Positions 49,012 to 59,568 of a DNA stretch of 64,000 bases are shown in pieces (the stretch's first letter is position 1; each line of letters opens with the position of its first letter). This stretch comes from Candidatus Eiseniibacteriota bacterium (GTDB taxonomy: Bacteria > Eisenbacteria > RBG-16-71-46 > CAZAMP01). The notes under the pieces are model-generated. The model ran no database searches and was not told the DNA's origin. It saw only the letters and a list, made by a program, of their open reading frames with translations. The DNA lies in NCBI GenBank assembly GCA_965224245.1, contig OZ245046.1, forward strand, positions 2,880,001-2,944,000, in the 5' to 3' direction. Both the position numbers and the translations under genes were made by a program.

Positions 49012-52000
49012 CTAGGCAGGATCCGGACCGGTCTCGGCTCCCCCGGGATCCGACTCGGTGGCGGCGAGAGCCGTCGCGACGGCATCCGCGAGCGTCAGGC
49101 GGTGCCCCTCGGCGACCTCCCGGGCGAAAGCCGACTCGCCGAGCCGCTCGCGGAGCTTGCTCTCCTCGGCGTCCATCGCTCCGCGCTCGTTGGGGCTGGG
49201 AGGCGTCGCCAGTCGCTCGCGGAGCGCGGCCGCGGCGCCCAAGAGCCTCGCTCCCCGAGCCGCATCGCCGCGCGCGCCGCAGAGCGCCACGATCACCTCG
49301 AGCGACTCGACCAGCCCGGTGCGATCGCGAAGCTCGTGTCGAATGCGGGTGGATCGCCCGAGCAGCCTCGCCGCCTCGTCGATCTCTCCGAGACCGAGCG
49401 CCACCCGAGCGAGCCCCACGAGCGCCAGCGACACGCCGTACCGGTCGCCGACCTCCTCGAGCACCTCGAGGCTCTCCCGGTGAAAGCGCCGCGCTCCCTC
49501 GGGATCGCCCGACCAGTGCGCGACGTTGCCGAGGCTGTTGAGCGACATGCCCACGGCGGTGCGGTCGCCGGTGCCCCGCCGGATCTCGAGGCTTTCCTGG
49601 ACCAGCGCACGCGCCGCCGCGTAGTCCTGTCGGTTCTCCGCCACGAAGCCGAGGTTGTGAAGCGCCGTGGACGCCGCCCCGTCCTCGCCCAGCTCGCGGT
49701 TGATCGCCAGGCTCTCCTCGTAGAACGTCTGCGCGCGCGCGTAGTCGCCGCGGCGCTCGGCCACGTTGCCGAGGTTGTTCAGCGATCCCGCGATGCCGCG
49801 CCGGTGGTCCATCGCGCGTCTCGTCTCCAGCGCCCGGGTGTGGAGCGCCTCGGCACGATCCAGGTCGCCTTGCCAGAACGCCAGGTTGCCCGCGAGATTC
49901 TCGGTCGTCGCGAGGTCGAGCGTCGGCTGGGTGTTCTCGGCCGCGGTCAGCATCGCCTCGCAGCGCTCGCGAATCTCGCGCCACTGGCCCTCGAGGAACC
50001 AGAACCGGGCCAGCGGTCCGAGAAGGGTGACGCCCACCGACGGATCCTCGGTCACGGCCCAGTCGAGCGCGGCCCGGAGGTTCTCGGCGTCCGCGGTCAG
50101 CCGGTCCAGCCACGCGGCCTCGTCCTGACCCTTCAGCGCGGCCGAGGCCTCGGTGGCGATCTCGGCGAAGTGACACGCGTGGCGGCGCCGACGATCGGCG
50201 TCCTCGCCGCGCTCCTGCAGGCGCTCGCGCGCGTACTCGCGCACGGTCTCGAGCATCCGGTACCGGACGAAGCCGCCGCGCGTGCGGGTGCCCGGCTCGA
50301 ACTCGACCAGGGACTTGTCCACGAGATGCGAGTGCAGGTCGACGACGTCCCACTCGTCGATCCCGTCGCCGGCGCACACGGCCTCCGCCGTGCGCAGCGT
50401 CCACCCTCCGACCAGCACGGCCAGGCGGCAGAACAGGACCTGCTCGCGCGCGTCGAGGTGATCGTAGCTCCAGTCGATCAGCGTCCGGAGCGTGCGGTGC
50501 TGAGGGATGACCACCTTGCGCTCCTCGCCCAGCAGCCGGAACCGGTCGTCGAGCCGCGCGGCCACGTCGGTCACGTCCAGCGCGGTCGTGCGGGCGGCGG
50601 CCAGCTCCAGCGCGAGCGGAAGCCCGTCGAGGCGGCGACAGATCTGCGAGATCCAGGGGGCGTTCTCGGTGGTGAGTCGGAAGTCGCGGCGAGCCGCACC
50701 CGCCCGCTCGACGAACAGACGCACCGCGTCGACGCCCGCGAGCTCGTCCAGGGACGTGGCCCCGTTGGACCGCGGGAGCGCCAGCATCGGCAGCCGGTAG
50801 ATGCACTCACCGTCGAGCCCCAGCGGCTCGCGCGACGTGGCCAGGATCCGGACCCGCGTGCACCGGCGCAAGAGCGCGTCGGTCACCTCGGCGACCCCGG
50901 CGGCGACGTGCTCGCAGTTGTCCATCACCAGGAGCATCGCCCGTCCGGCGATCGACTCCACGATCGCCTCGATCACCCGCTGGCCGGGATCGGTCTCGAC
51001 CGCCAGCGCCTTTGCCACCGCTCCGGCGACCAGATCCGGCGCCGTCGAGGAGGCCAGCGGCACGACGGCCGCTCCGTCGGGAAACGACTCGACCATCCGG
51101 TGCGCGACTTCCACCGCCAGACGGGTCTTTCCGCCCCCGCCTACGCCCGTCAGCGTGACGAGCCGGTGCGCCGACAGCGCGTCGACGACGTCGCCGAGCT
51201 CGCGCTCGCGCCCCACGAAGCTCGTGAGCTGCTGGGGCAGATCGTGAACCGGATCGCTGCGGCGATCGCGCCCCGCGGCACGGGCTCTCGCGAACATGCG
51301 GCGAGCGACCTCCTCCTCGATCTCGCGGCGGGCGACCACGATCGAGTCGAGTCGGTGCTCGGGATCCTTCACCAGGCAGCGCGCCAGGAGCACGCGAAGC
51401 TGATCGGAGACGCCGGCCGACAGGACGTCCCAGTCGGGATCGACCTCCAGCGTGGCGGCCATGCGCGCCGGGTGATCGTCACCGGGAAACGCCCGGTGAC
51501 CGCTGAAGCACTCGTAAGCGACGCAGCCGAACGACCAGACGTCGGTGCGAACGTCGACCGGTCGATCGCGGATCTGCTCGGGGCTCATGTAGCCGGGTGT
51601 TCCGACCACGCGCGGCGCGCGCTCGCGCGCATCCTGTCCCGCCAGCGCCTTGGCCAGCCCGAAGTCGAGAATCTTCACCAGACCGTCGGGCGTGAGCATC
51701 ACGTTGGGCGGCTTCAGATCCCGATGGATGACGTCGCTCTTGTGGGCCGCTTCCAGGGCCTTGGCGATCTGGAGGCAGATCGAGAGCGCCCGGTCGACGG
51801 CCGGTGGCTCGCGCTCCAGGGACTCGGCCAGCGTCTCGCCGGGAACCAGCTCCATGGTCAGAAACGACGTGCCGCCCGCTGTCTCGAGCGAGTACACGGT
51901 GGCGATGTTCGCGTGATTGATCGAGGCGAGCAGGCGTGCCTCGCGCTCGAGCCGGGCGAGCGCGGACCGGTTGCGTGACACGGCGCTCGGCAGGGCCTTG

Positions 52001-52242
52001 AGCGCGATCCGGCGCTTGAGCTTGGGATCCTCGGCGATGAACACCCGGCCCATGCCGCCGCGTCCGGCCTCGCCCAGGATCGGATAGGAGCCGATCCGTT
52101 CCGGCAATGCCGATTCCTCGTCGGCCGAGTCCACGTCGAACACACCCGGCAGCGAGCGCGTGCGATCGGGATCGGAGTCCGCGCCGTGGCTCCTCCCGTG
52201 AGCGGGCTCGGATCGCTCGCCGGCCCGCCGTCTCCGTGACAT
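49012..52242 (-). CDS. Ser/Thr protein kinase fused to STAND/NB-ARC-like ATPase (COG3903-type), winged helix and TPRs
   Basis: GRGGMG, IALK, HRDLKPPN, DFGLAK, GTPGYMSPEQ; TSFVGRE, GVGGGGKTRLA, MDNCEH, LDGLPLALELAAAR; SLNNLG TPR repeats. Confidence 0.92.
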   Translation of the reverse strand: MSRRRRAGERSEPAHGRSHGADSDPDRTRSLPGVFDVDSADEESALPERIGSYPILGEAGRGGMGRVFIAEDPKLKRRIALKALPSAVSRNRSALARLEREARLLASINHANIATVYSLETAGGTSFLTMELVPGETLAESLEREPPAVDRALSICLQIAKALEAAHKSDVIHRDLKPPNVMLTPDGLVKILDFGLAKALAGQDARERAPRVVGTPGYMSPEQIRDRPVDVRTDVWSFGCVAYECFSGHRAFPGDDHPARMAATLEVDPDWDVLSAGVSDQLRVLLARCLVKDPEHRLDSIVVARREIEEEVARRMFARARAAGRDRRSDPVHDLPQQLTSFVGRERELGDVVDALSAHRLVTLTGVGGGGKTRLAVEVAHRMVESFPDGAAVVPLASSTAPDLVAGAVAKALAVETDPGQRVIEAIVESIAGRAMLLVMDNCEHVAAGVAEVTDALLRRCTRVRILATSREPLGLDGECIYRLPMLALPRSNGATSLDELAGVDAVRLFVERAGAARRDFRLTTENAPWISQICRRLDGLPLALELAAARTTALDVTDVAARLDDRFRLLGEERKVVIPQHRTLRTLIDWSYDHLDAREQVLFCRLAVLVGGWTLRTAEAVCAGDGIDEWDVVDLHSHLVDKSLVEFEPGTRTRGGFVRYRMLETVREYARERLQERGEDADRRRRHACHFAEIATEASAALKGQDEAAWLDRLTADAENLRAALDWAVTEDPSVGVTLLGPLARFWFLEGQWREIRERCEAMLTAAENTQPTLDLATTENLAGNLAFWQGDLDRAEALHTRALETRRAMDHRRGIAGSLNNLGNVAERRGDYARAQTFYEESLAINRELGEDGAASTALHNLGFVAENRQDYAAARALVQESLEIRRGTGDRTAVGMSLNSLGNVAHWSGDPEGARRFHRESLEVLEEVGDRYGVSLALVGLARVALGLGEIDEAARLLGRSTRIRHELRDRTGLVESLEVIVALCGARGDAARGARLLGAAAALRERLATPPSPNERGAMDAEESKLRERLGESAFAREVAEGHRLTLADAVATALAATESDPGGAETGPDPA

Positions 52243-52437
52243 CCGTACCTCCCGGTCGTCCCCGGGTCGGCTCACCGGGGCCCCGGCGCGCCGGAGGTCC
52301 AACGCCGGTCGAACCTCCCGTGCCCCGAGCTGCATCCATTCTACACGCCACGTCACGTGGATCCAGCCGGTCCCCGACCGGATGCGTTACCGTTACGAGG
52401 CTCATCCATACGACGTCAACACACGACGAGGTGCGAC

Positions 52438-53343
52438 ATGTCCCTTCGACCCATCAAACGCATCAGCCGCGCCCAGCCGGCCGTCGAGGGCGCCGGTGTC
52501 AATCTGTACCGCGCGTTCGGCCTCGGAGATCCCACGGAGACCGATCCGTTCCTGCTGCTCGACGACTTTCGCAACGACCGTCCCGAGGACTACATCGCCG
52601 GGTTCCCGTGGCACCCGCACCGGGGCATCGAGACGATCACGTACGTGCTGAAGGGCAGCGTCCGTCACGGAGACAGCCTGGGGAACAGCGGCGACCTCGG
52701 CGCGGGGGACGTCCAGTGGATGACGGCCGGCCGCGGCATCCTGCATCAGGAGATGCCCACCGGCGACGACGCGGGGCGCATGCACGGATTCCAGCTGTGG
52801 GCGAACCTGCCGTCGTCGCTGAAGATGACCACGCCGCGCTACCAGGACGTCGGGGCGGCCGACATCCCCGAGGTGACCGACGACGACGGCACCCGCGTGC
52901 GCGTCGTGTGCGGTGAGTTCTGGGGCAAGACCGGCCCGGTGGACGGGATCGCGGCCGACCCGCGCTACCTCGACGTGTCGGTGCCTCCGGGAACGCACAA
53001 GCGCCTTCCGGTCGCGACGTCGCGCCACGCGTTCGCGTACGTGTTCGAGGGGTCGGGCTCGTTCCGGGACGCGTCGGGGCCGAAGCCCGTTCTCACGGAG
53101 GTCGACGGCGTCGAGTCGTACAACACGCCGCACGACGCCGACAACCGGTCGCTGGTGCTGTTCGACAACGGCGACGAGGTCGTCGTCCAGGCCGGCCCCG
53201 AGGGAATCCGGTTTCTCCTCGTGTCGGGAAAGCCGCTCGGCGAGCCGGTGGCCTGGCACGGCCCGATCGTCATGAACACCCGGGCCGAGCTGCGTCAGGC
53301 GTTCCAGGATCTTCAGAACGGGACCTTCATCGATCCGCGCTGA
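52438..53343 (+). CDS. Pirin family protein
   Basis: DPFLLLDDF, GFPWHPHRGIETITY, VQWMTAGRGILHQE, FQLWANLP, GPIVMNT. Confidence 0.95.
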   Translation: MSLRPIKRISRAQPAVEGAGVNLYRAFGLGDPTETDPFLLLDDFRNDRPEDYIAGFPWHPHRGIETITYVLKGSVRHGDSLGNSGDLGAGDVQWMTAGRGILHQEMPTGDDAGRMHGFQLWANLPSSLKMTTPRYQDVGAADIPEVTDDDGTRVRVVCGEFWGKTGPVDGIAADPRYLDVSVPPGTHKRLPVATSRHAFAYVFEGSGSFRDASGPKPVLTEVDGVESYNTPHDADNRSLVLFDNGDEVVVQAGPEGIRFLLVSGKPLGEPVAWHGPIVMNTRAELRQAFQDLQNGTFIDPR

Positions 53344-53887
53344 GTCGTCGGTCGCCTGCGTCGAGAATCCAGCGGAGGGGTCTCGCCGTCGCCGCGCCCA
53401 GCATGGCGCCGCCGAGGAACATGCCCACGAGGCCGGCCACGTCCTTGACGGCGCCGCGGCCGGCGTCCCCGACCGCGATGCAGGCGACCGGCAACATCCA
53501 GCCCACGGCCGACGCCGGAATCCACCAGGCGGCGCGCGCCGATACCGGGCGGAGCAGTCGCGACTGCCAGGTCCCGACCACGAGGCCGCCCACGGCGACG
53601 TAGGCCGGTAGCGCGTACGGGGTCGGGGTCCCCAGGAGGCGCAGCACGTCGTGAACGAGGAAGAGCCCTCCCATGCCGGCCGCCGACGCCACCGTCCACG
53701 GCCCCGGTCCGCCGAGCCACGGGGACAGCGCCCGCCCCTGCAGGTAGCCGACGCCGGCGCCGATGCCCACGCCGATGATGAACTGCACGCCGCCCATGAG
53801 CTCCCCCACGGGCGTCAGCGCCAGCATCACCACGAAGCCGAGGAGCCAGCCGAGAGTGGAGGCCCGAAGCCAGCGCAGGGTGGTCAT
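53327..53887 (-). CDS. Hypothetical Gly-rich membrane protein
   Basis: About 6 hydrophobic segments; GGAGG RBS; internal Q-x-x-x-L and W-x-x-A-S-A repeats. Confidence 0.75.
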   Translation of the reverse strand: MTTLRWLRASTLGWLLGFVVMLALTPVGELMGGVQFIIGVGIGAGVGYLQGRALSPWLGGPGPWTVASAAGMGGLFLVHDVLRLLGTPTPYALPAYVAVGGLVVGTWQSRLLRPVSARAAWWIPASAVGWMLPVACIAVGDAGRGAVKDVAGLVGMFLGGAMLGAATARPLRWILDAGDRRLSADR

Positions 53888-54361
53888 CGGATGCCTCCCC
53901 GGGGCTCCCCGCTCGCCACCTCGTCACCCACCGCGAGCCGGCCGGCTCGTCGGGCCTTCGGGAACGTCGTCATGCGACGCCGTCGATGCGGTGACGTGCT
54001 CGCAGGCCCCCCCTCGCGTGTCGGCTGCGGGCTCCCGAGTGCCGTTCAGGAAGCCCTCGTCCGCTGCGCACATGATCGCGCGTCCGCCCCCACTTGCCAA
54101 GCACGTGCCCCGTCCGACCCCGTGACCACCGGGGTGACCGGCCCGCGAGCCGGCCACCCGGCTCGGGGAAACGGGCTCCTCCCGTCGAGGCCCCGGAACT
54201 CCCGCTCGGCTGTGATTCGCGACCCACCCGCGCGTCACATGTGGTTGGTGGGCGTACGGGCGAGCCCCGCCCTGCCGCGGCGGCACGCGAGTCGAGACCG
54301 GCGGCGATGCTCCGCGCTCGCGCTCGACACCGTCACGCCGACATCAGGAAGGGGATCGACC

Positions 54362-57349
54362 ATGAGTGGCCATCGTCTCATCGGCGTGATCGGCGTCGCC
54401 GTTCCCGCACTCGCCGTCACCATCACGACGCTCGCTCAGGCCTCGTCGCACGAGTGGAGCCGCCGCTTCGGCTCCTCCGGGGTCGATGAGGGCGTCGACA
54501 TCGCCGTGGACGCCACCGGCAACACGGTCGCGTTCGGAGAGTTCCGGGGTACGTTGGTTCTCGGCGGCACCGCTCTGGTGAGTGCCGGGGAGCGCGATCT
54601 CGTCGTGACCAAGCTCGACGCCGACGGCAACTACCTCTGGAGCCGTCGATTCGGAAGCACCGCGAGCGAGCGGGCCGGCGGACTCGCGGTGGACACCGAC
54701 GGCGCGATCTACGTCACGGGCGCATTCCAGAGCGCGGTCGACTTCGGCGGCGGCGCACTGCTCCCGGCCGGGCAAGACGACATCTACCTCGTGAAGCTCG
54801 ACGCCGGCGGTAGTCACGTCTGGAGCCTGAGCTTCGGCGACGCCGGCCGGGACCTCGGCCTCGACGTGGCCATCGACGGCGATGCGTACCTGTACCTGAC
54901 CGGCACGTTCGGGGGCACGCTGGACCTCGGCGGCGGCCCCCTCTCGAGTGCGGGCGGGCTCGACATGTTCGTGGCGAAGTTCAAGACCTCCGGTGCATTC
55001 CAGTGGAGCCACGCGTACGGCGACGGTGGGACCGACGTCGGCGTGGGCGTCGTCGTCGACGGGGCCCACGACGTGATCGCCACCGGCGAGTTCGAGGGGA
55101 CCGTCGACTTCGGCGGGCCTCCCGTCTCGAGCAGTGGGCTCACCGACGTGTGCCTGGTCGAGCTGACCGGCGTGGGCGCCCACGTCTGGAGCCGCGCGGT
55201 CGGTGGAACCAAGACCGACGTGGCGGGCGGCGTGGCCGTGGATCCGTCCGGCTTCGTCGTCGTCACCGGCAGCTTCGAGTCCTCGGCGGACTTCGGCGGA
55301 GGCGCCCTCTCGAGTCACGGCGACACCGACATCTTCCTGGCCCGTTACGACACGAACGGCATCCACGACTGGAGCCAGAGCTTCGGCGGCCCCGACGCCG
55401 ACGTCGGCACGGCGGTCGCCGTCAACCCGGACAAGGAGATCCACGTCACCGGATACGGCGGGGACGGTGTGGACTTCGGTGGCGGCGTGCTCACCACCGC
55501 CGGAGTGACCGACATCTTCCTCGCGAAGTTCGAGAACGGCGGAGCGCATCTGTGGAGCCACGCGTTCGGAGGCGTCACCGAGGAATACGGAACGAGTCTG
55601 GCAGTGGACGCCGCGGGGACCGTCTTCACGACGGGCTCGTTCCGGAGTCGCCCGGCCGACTTCGGGGGCGACCTCATCTACAGTCGGGGCACGCTCGACA
55701 TCTTCCTGGCGTCGTACGACGCGACCGGCGTGCATCGATGGAGCGACGGCGCGGGCAGCCTCGGCTTCGAGTCCGGCAATGACGCGGCCAGCGACGCGGA
55801 TGGAAACGTCTTCGTCACCGGCGTGTTCTGCGGCTCGGTGGGATTCGGCGGCGACGTCCTCATCAGCTCGGGTACACGGGACATCTTCCTCGCCAAGTAC
55901 GACCCTTCCGGCAACCATCTCTGGAGCCAGAGCTTCGCCTCGAGCGTCCCCGCACCGGGGCCCGGAGAGATCCCGGCGGACGAGGCGCGCGGCCTGGCCG
56001 TCGACACCGACGGGAACGTCGTGATCACCGGATGGTTCGAGGGCACCGTCGACTTCGGCGGCGGACCGCGAACCGCGGTCGACGCACGCGACATCTATCT
56101 CGCCGAGTTCGACGGCGCGGGCCATCATCTCTGGAGCCGAAGCTTCGGCGGCCCCCAGGGCGATCGCGGATACGGCGTGGCCGTCGACGGCTCGGGCAAC
56201 GTGTGCCTGATCGGGTCGATCCACAGCGCGGTCGACTTCGGTGGCGGACCCCTGGCCATCACCGGCGCCGTCGACGGGTTCGTCGCCGTCTTCGATCCTT
56301 ACGGCACGCACCTCTGGAGCGGAGCGGCCTCCTCAACGGGACTCTCGGCCGCGCATGCGGTGGCGATGGATGCCGCCGGGAACGTCACGGTCGCAGGGGT
56401 CTTCGAGACCTCGGTGGATCTCGGAGGCGGCGAGATACTCGGCTTCGGCGATCAGGACCTCTTCGTCTCGCACTACACCTCCGACGGCGAGTACGTCTGG
56501 AGTCGCGGCTTCGGATCCGTCGAGCGCGACGAGATCGGCGCGATCGCCGTGGATGCGGCCGGGAACACCATCGTCACCGGCAACTTCCGAGGGGCGGCGG
56601 ACTTTGGAGGCGGGGTCCTCACCAGCGACGGGAGCCGGGACGTCTTCCTGGCCATGTACGATCCGGTCGGCGCGCACCTGTGGAGCCAGCGATTCGGAGA
56701 CGTGGGGTGGGAGAGCGGCCGGAGCCTGGACACCGACGCCGCGGGGCGGATCCTGCTCGCGGGGTCGTTCACTCGAACGATCGACTTCGGCGGCGGTGAG
56801 CTCGGCTCGGTGAGCGGCGACGACATCTTTCTGGCGGAGTTCGACACCCATGGACATCATCTCTGGAGCGAATCGTTCGGTGGGTACGGACAGGACTTCG
56901 TGGAGAGTGCCGTTCTCGTCGACCCGACGACCATCGTGCTGACGGGCCGCTACTACGACTCGGTGGACTTCGGCGGCGGTGCGCTGACGAGCGTGGGGGG
57001 CTCCGACATGTTCCTGGCGCAGCTCGGACACGAGATCGTCGGGATCGATGACGCGGCGATCGGGCACGACCGGATCGTCGGCGCGGCGCATCCGAATCCG
57101 TTCCAGGCACGCACCGCGGTCAGGCTCGATCTCTCTTCCGCGAGGAAGGTGACCGTCACCATCGTCGACGTCTCCGGCCGGCGGGTGTGCACGCTCGCGG
57201 ATCACGTCCTCTCCGCGGGGCGACACGAGATCACGTGGGACGGCCGAGACGGACGCGGGCGCGCGGTCGTTCCGGGAGTCTACGCGGTCCGGGTGCACGA
57301 GGGGTCCACGACGTCGACGCGGAAGGTCGTGCGGATCGATACGCGCTAG
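54362..57349 (+). CDS. Secreted beta-propeller repeat protein (SBBP-like, about 14 repeats) with FlgD-Ig/T9SS-CTD-like tail
   Basis: Repeating AVDxxGNxxVTGxFxGxxDFGGGxLxSxGxxDIFLAKYDxxGxHLWS; tail PNPFQART...DVSGRRV...WDGRD...PGVY. Confidence 0.88.
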   Translation: MSGHRLIGVIGVAVPALAVTITTLAQASSHEWSRRFGSSGVDEGVDIAVDATGNTVAFGEFRGTLVLGGTALVSAGERDLVVTKLDADGNYLWSRRFGSTASERAGGLAVDTDGAIYVTGAFQSAVDFGGGALLPAGQDDIYLVKLDAGGSHVWSLSFGDAGRDLGLDVAIDGDAYLYLTGTFGGTLDLGGGPLSSAGGLDMFVAKFKTSGAFQWSHAYGDGGTDVGVGVVVDGAHDVIATGEFEGTVDFGGPPVSSSGLTDVCLVELTGVGAHVWSRAVGGTKTDVAGGVAVDPSGFVVVTGSFESSADFGGGALSSHGDTDIFLARYDTNGIHDWSQSFGGPDADVGTAVAVNPDKEIHVTGYGGDGVDFGGGVLTTAGVTDIFLAKFENGGAHLWSHAFGGVTEEYGTSLAVDAAGTVFTTGSFRSRPADFGGDLIYSRGTLDIFLASYDATGVHRWSDGAGSLGFESGNDAASDADGNVFVTGVFCGSVGFGGDVLISSGTRDIFLAKYDPSGNHLWSQSFASSVPAPGPGEIPADEARGLAVDTDGNVVITGWFEGTVDFGGGPRTAVDARDIYLAEFDGAGHHLWSRSFGGPQGDRGYGVAVDGSGNVCLIGSIHSAVDFGGGPLAITGAVDGFVAVFDPYGTHLWSGAASSTGLSAAHAVAMDAAGNVTVAGVFETSVDLGGGEILGFGDQDLFVSHYTSDGEYVWSRGFGSVERDEIGAIAVDAAGNTIVTGNFRGAADFGGGVLTSDGSRDVFLAMYDPVGAHLWSQRFGDVGWESGRSLDTDAAGRILLAGSFTRTIDFGGGELGSVSGDDIFLAEFDTHGHHLWSESFGGYGQDFVESAVLVDPTTIVLTGRYYDSVDFGGGALTSVGGSDMFLAQLGHEIVGIDDAAIGHDRIVGAAHPNPFQARTAVRLDLSSARKVTVTIVDVSGRRVCTLADHVLSAGRHEITWDGRDGRGRAVVPGVYAVRVHEGSTTSTRKVVRIDTR

Positions 57350-57358
57350 ACCAGGGGC

Positions 57359-58066
57359 TCAGTCCTCGTACTGGTCGTGGCGGCGCAGCCAGTCCATGGT
57401 CCAGGGCAGCTCGTCCTCGTCACGGCCCCTGGGCAGCAGATCCATGTACTGGTACGCGCCGTTGAGCATGTCCAGCCCACGCTCGTACGTGGAGTAGGTG
57501 TGGTACACCGTGTCCGTCTCGTCACGGTAGAACACGCTGACGCCCGGCAGCTCCGCGATCACCTTCCTCGGCCGGTAGTTGTGCTCGGCGCTCCCCGACT
57601 CGACCTGCTCGTCGGTGTACGACACCTGGAAGTCGAAGTTGAAGTCGCTCTCGTGAGACGAGTACCAGGGGAAGGTCCAGCCCATTCGCCGGCGATAGGC
57701 CGCGAGCTTCTCGTATGGGGCACGGGAGACGGCCACCAGCGTTGCGTCGCGGTGCGCGAGATGAATGGGGATGCCCTCGAAGTTGTCCGCCCAGAACGAG
57801 CAGCTGGGGCAGCCCTCGTCCCAGTCGGGGCCGTACATGAAGTGATACACGACGAGCTGGCTTCGATCGGCAAACAGATCGCTCAGCGATCGCCGACCCT
57901 CTGCGCCCTCGAACACGTACGGCTTGGTGACCTTCACCCAGGGCAGGCTCCGTCGCTGTCTGGACAGCTCGTCACGCAGGCGGGTGAGCTCCTTCTCCCT
58001 GGCGAGGAGTGCCTTGCGTGCCTCGATCCACTCCGGCCTCGACACCACGGAACGATCCGACATCAT
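57359..58066 (-). CDS. DUF899 thioredoxin-like protein
   Basis: LLAREKELTR, LPWVKV, QLVVYHFM, GCPSCS, RMGWTFPWYSS, HTYSTY.RG, WLRRHDQY. Confidence 0.92.
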   Translation of the reverse strand: MMSDRSVVSRPEWIEARKALLAREKELTRLRDELSRQRRSLPWVKVTKPYVFEGAEGRRSLSDLFADRSQLVVYHFMYGPDWDEGCPSCSFWADNFEGIPIHLAHRDATLVAVSRAPYEKLAAYRRRMGWTFPWYSSHESDFNFDFQVSYTDEQVESGSAEHNYRPRKVIAELPGVSVFYRDETDTVYHTYSTYERGLDMLNGAYQYMDLLPRGRDEDELPWTMDWLRRHDQYED

Positions 58067-58138
58067 GCCTCCTCGAATGGGGCCGTCACTCGTGACGCAG
58101 ACTCGAGCCAGACCGCCGGGTCGTCGAGTCGTCGCACA

Positions 58139-58900
58139 CTAGTCGTTCGGGTGCAGAAGCCAGGTCAGAGCGGGCTCGAGCTCGTCTCGCCACGACGCCC
58201 ACCCGTGATCACCCGGGTAGAGATTGTACGTGACGGTCGCTCCGATTGCTCTGAATCTGGCCACCGCCGCCTCGACGCCTTCGATCTGCGAGAGCTCCTG
58301 AAAGAGCCCCGTCGGCGGATGAGAGACGAGGGTGTCGGTCTCCCGGTCACCGACGCTCAGCCAGAGCTTCACGTCGGCGCGCGGAACGCTCACCTCGTTC
58401 GCCAGAAGCCACCAGAACGACCCTGACTGACTCAGGCAGCGCGTGAAGACCGTCGGGTAGCTGAGCGAGACGTGGGCGCTGGCCAGGCCGCTCAGGCTCA
58501 TGCCACAGATCACGTTGTCGGACTCCATGATCATCGGACGCCGCGCTCGGATCCACGGGACGACGTCCCCGGCGATGAACTCGGCGTAGGACGGGTTCCA
58601 GAGGAAGTCCTCGTGGCGGGACGCCATGTCGAGTTGAGACACGAACGCGAACGACGTCGGTGGAATCGTTCCGGTCTCCACGAGACGATCGAGGACGTCG
58701 ACCGTGCCCATCTGCTCGAGGTAGAACTCCGCATCGAGAAAGAGACACAGCCGATGCTTACGCTGCGTCGGCCCGTCGAGTAGCCACACGTCACGCGCGT
58801 AGCGTCCGCGTTCGCTGCGTACGAGCTGCCGTTCGAGTGCCACGATCCAGCTCCCCGGACGACCGGCGGTCCTTTGCAGACAGCCCGTTTCCGTCTTCAC
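58139..58900 (-). CDS. Alpha/beta hydrolase, enterochelin esterase (Fes)-like
   Basis: LFLDAE, GMSLSG nucleophile motif, SQSGSFWW, SVGDRE, GDH; start could be 58945. Confidence 0.85.
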   Translation of the reverse strand: MKTETGCLQRTAGRPGSWIVALERQLVRSERGRYARDVWLLDGPTQRKHRLCLFLDAEFYLEQMGTVDVLDRLVETGTIPPTSFAFVSQLDMASRHEDFLWNPSYAEFIAGDVVPWIRARRPMIMESDNVICGMSLSGLASAHVSLSYPTVFTRCLSQSGSFWWLLANEVSVPRADVKLWLSVGDRETDTLVSHPPTGLFQELSQIEGVEAAVARFRAIGATVTYNLYPGDHGWASWRDELEPALTWLLHPND

Positions 58901-58916
58901 GGCGGCCGATCCCCGA

Positions 58917-59408
58917 TCAGCGGTAGATCGCGATCTCCCGCTCATGGCGCTCCCCGTCCGGGTCGCGCTCCGTCTCGACGCCCTCGATCCGCATCACGTA
59001 GCCGAGAGGGAACCCGTGCTCTCGGGCTCCTCTCACCACGTGCTCCTTGTACCAGTGGAACGGCTTCAGTCGCCGGTCGACGTTCGTCGCGTAGTACGTC
59101 GTGGCCGACAGGAGCCGACCCTCGATGCTCGCGACCACCACCTGCCTTTGCGCGTACCCGATGCCCAGCCCCTCCGTCCGATCGAGATCGATCTTCTCGC
59201 CTTCGCCGATCTCGAACACGACTCCGTACACGACGTCCGCGGGGCTCCTCGTCTCCACGATGTCGCACTTGCCGGATCCATCCCGGCCTACCTTGTGGAA
59301 CCGCAGCTCGTGCTCGATCAGGCCCGCCACGGTGACGACGGTCGCGGAAGGCGCCCTCAGACGCATCCTGGCCGTGGACATGTTCGAGCCGTAGGAGAAG
59401 TAGTACAT
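58917..59408 (-). CDS. Gamma-glutamylcyclotransferase (AIG2-like) family protein
   Basis: MYYFSYGSNM, LRFHK..DGSGKCD, VYGVVF, LDRTEG, GAREHGFP. Confidence 0.9.
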   Translation of the reverse strand: MYYFSYGSNMSTARMRLRAPSATVVTVAGLIEHELRFHKVGRDGSGKCDIVETRSPADVVYGVVFEIGEGEKIDLDRTEGLGIGYAQRQVVVASIEGRLLSATTYYATNVDRRLKPFHWYKEHVVRGAREHGFPLGYVMRIEGVETERDPDGERHEREIAIYR

Positions 59409-59568
59409 GGACTCCCCATGGCGCCGCGTCGGGTGCCGCCGAGCCGACGAACCGTCCTGGACCTCGACGACGGGCAAGCGGTCTCTCCCATGCCATCCAC
59501 GCGCGAGTTCGCGGCGATGCCGGGCATCGTCCCATGCGGATCGATCGCTGGCCCGTCGACGGGCGCCA

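Noticed and set aside
54095-54110. GG-N10-GC sigma54-like promoter on the minus strand (GGGCACGTGCTTGGCA)
   Set aside because: Deviates from TGGCAC/TTGC consensus, such matches are frequent in GC-rich DNA, and no enhancer-binding protein is nearby
54460-57030. Periodic GACTTCGGCGGCGG-type repeats that could suggest a CRISPR or DNA repeat array
   Set aside because: They encode DFGGG protein repeats within one ORF with synonymous variation; no repeat-spacer structure or cas genes
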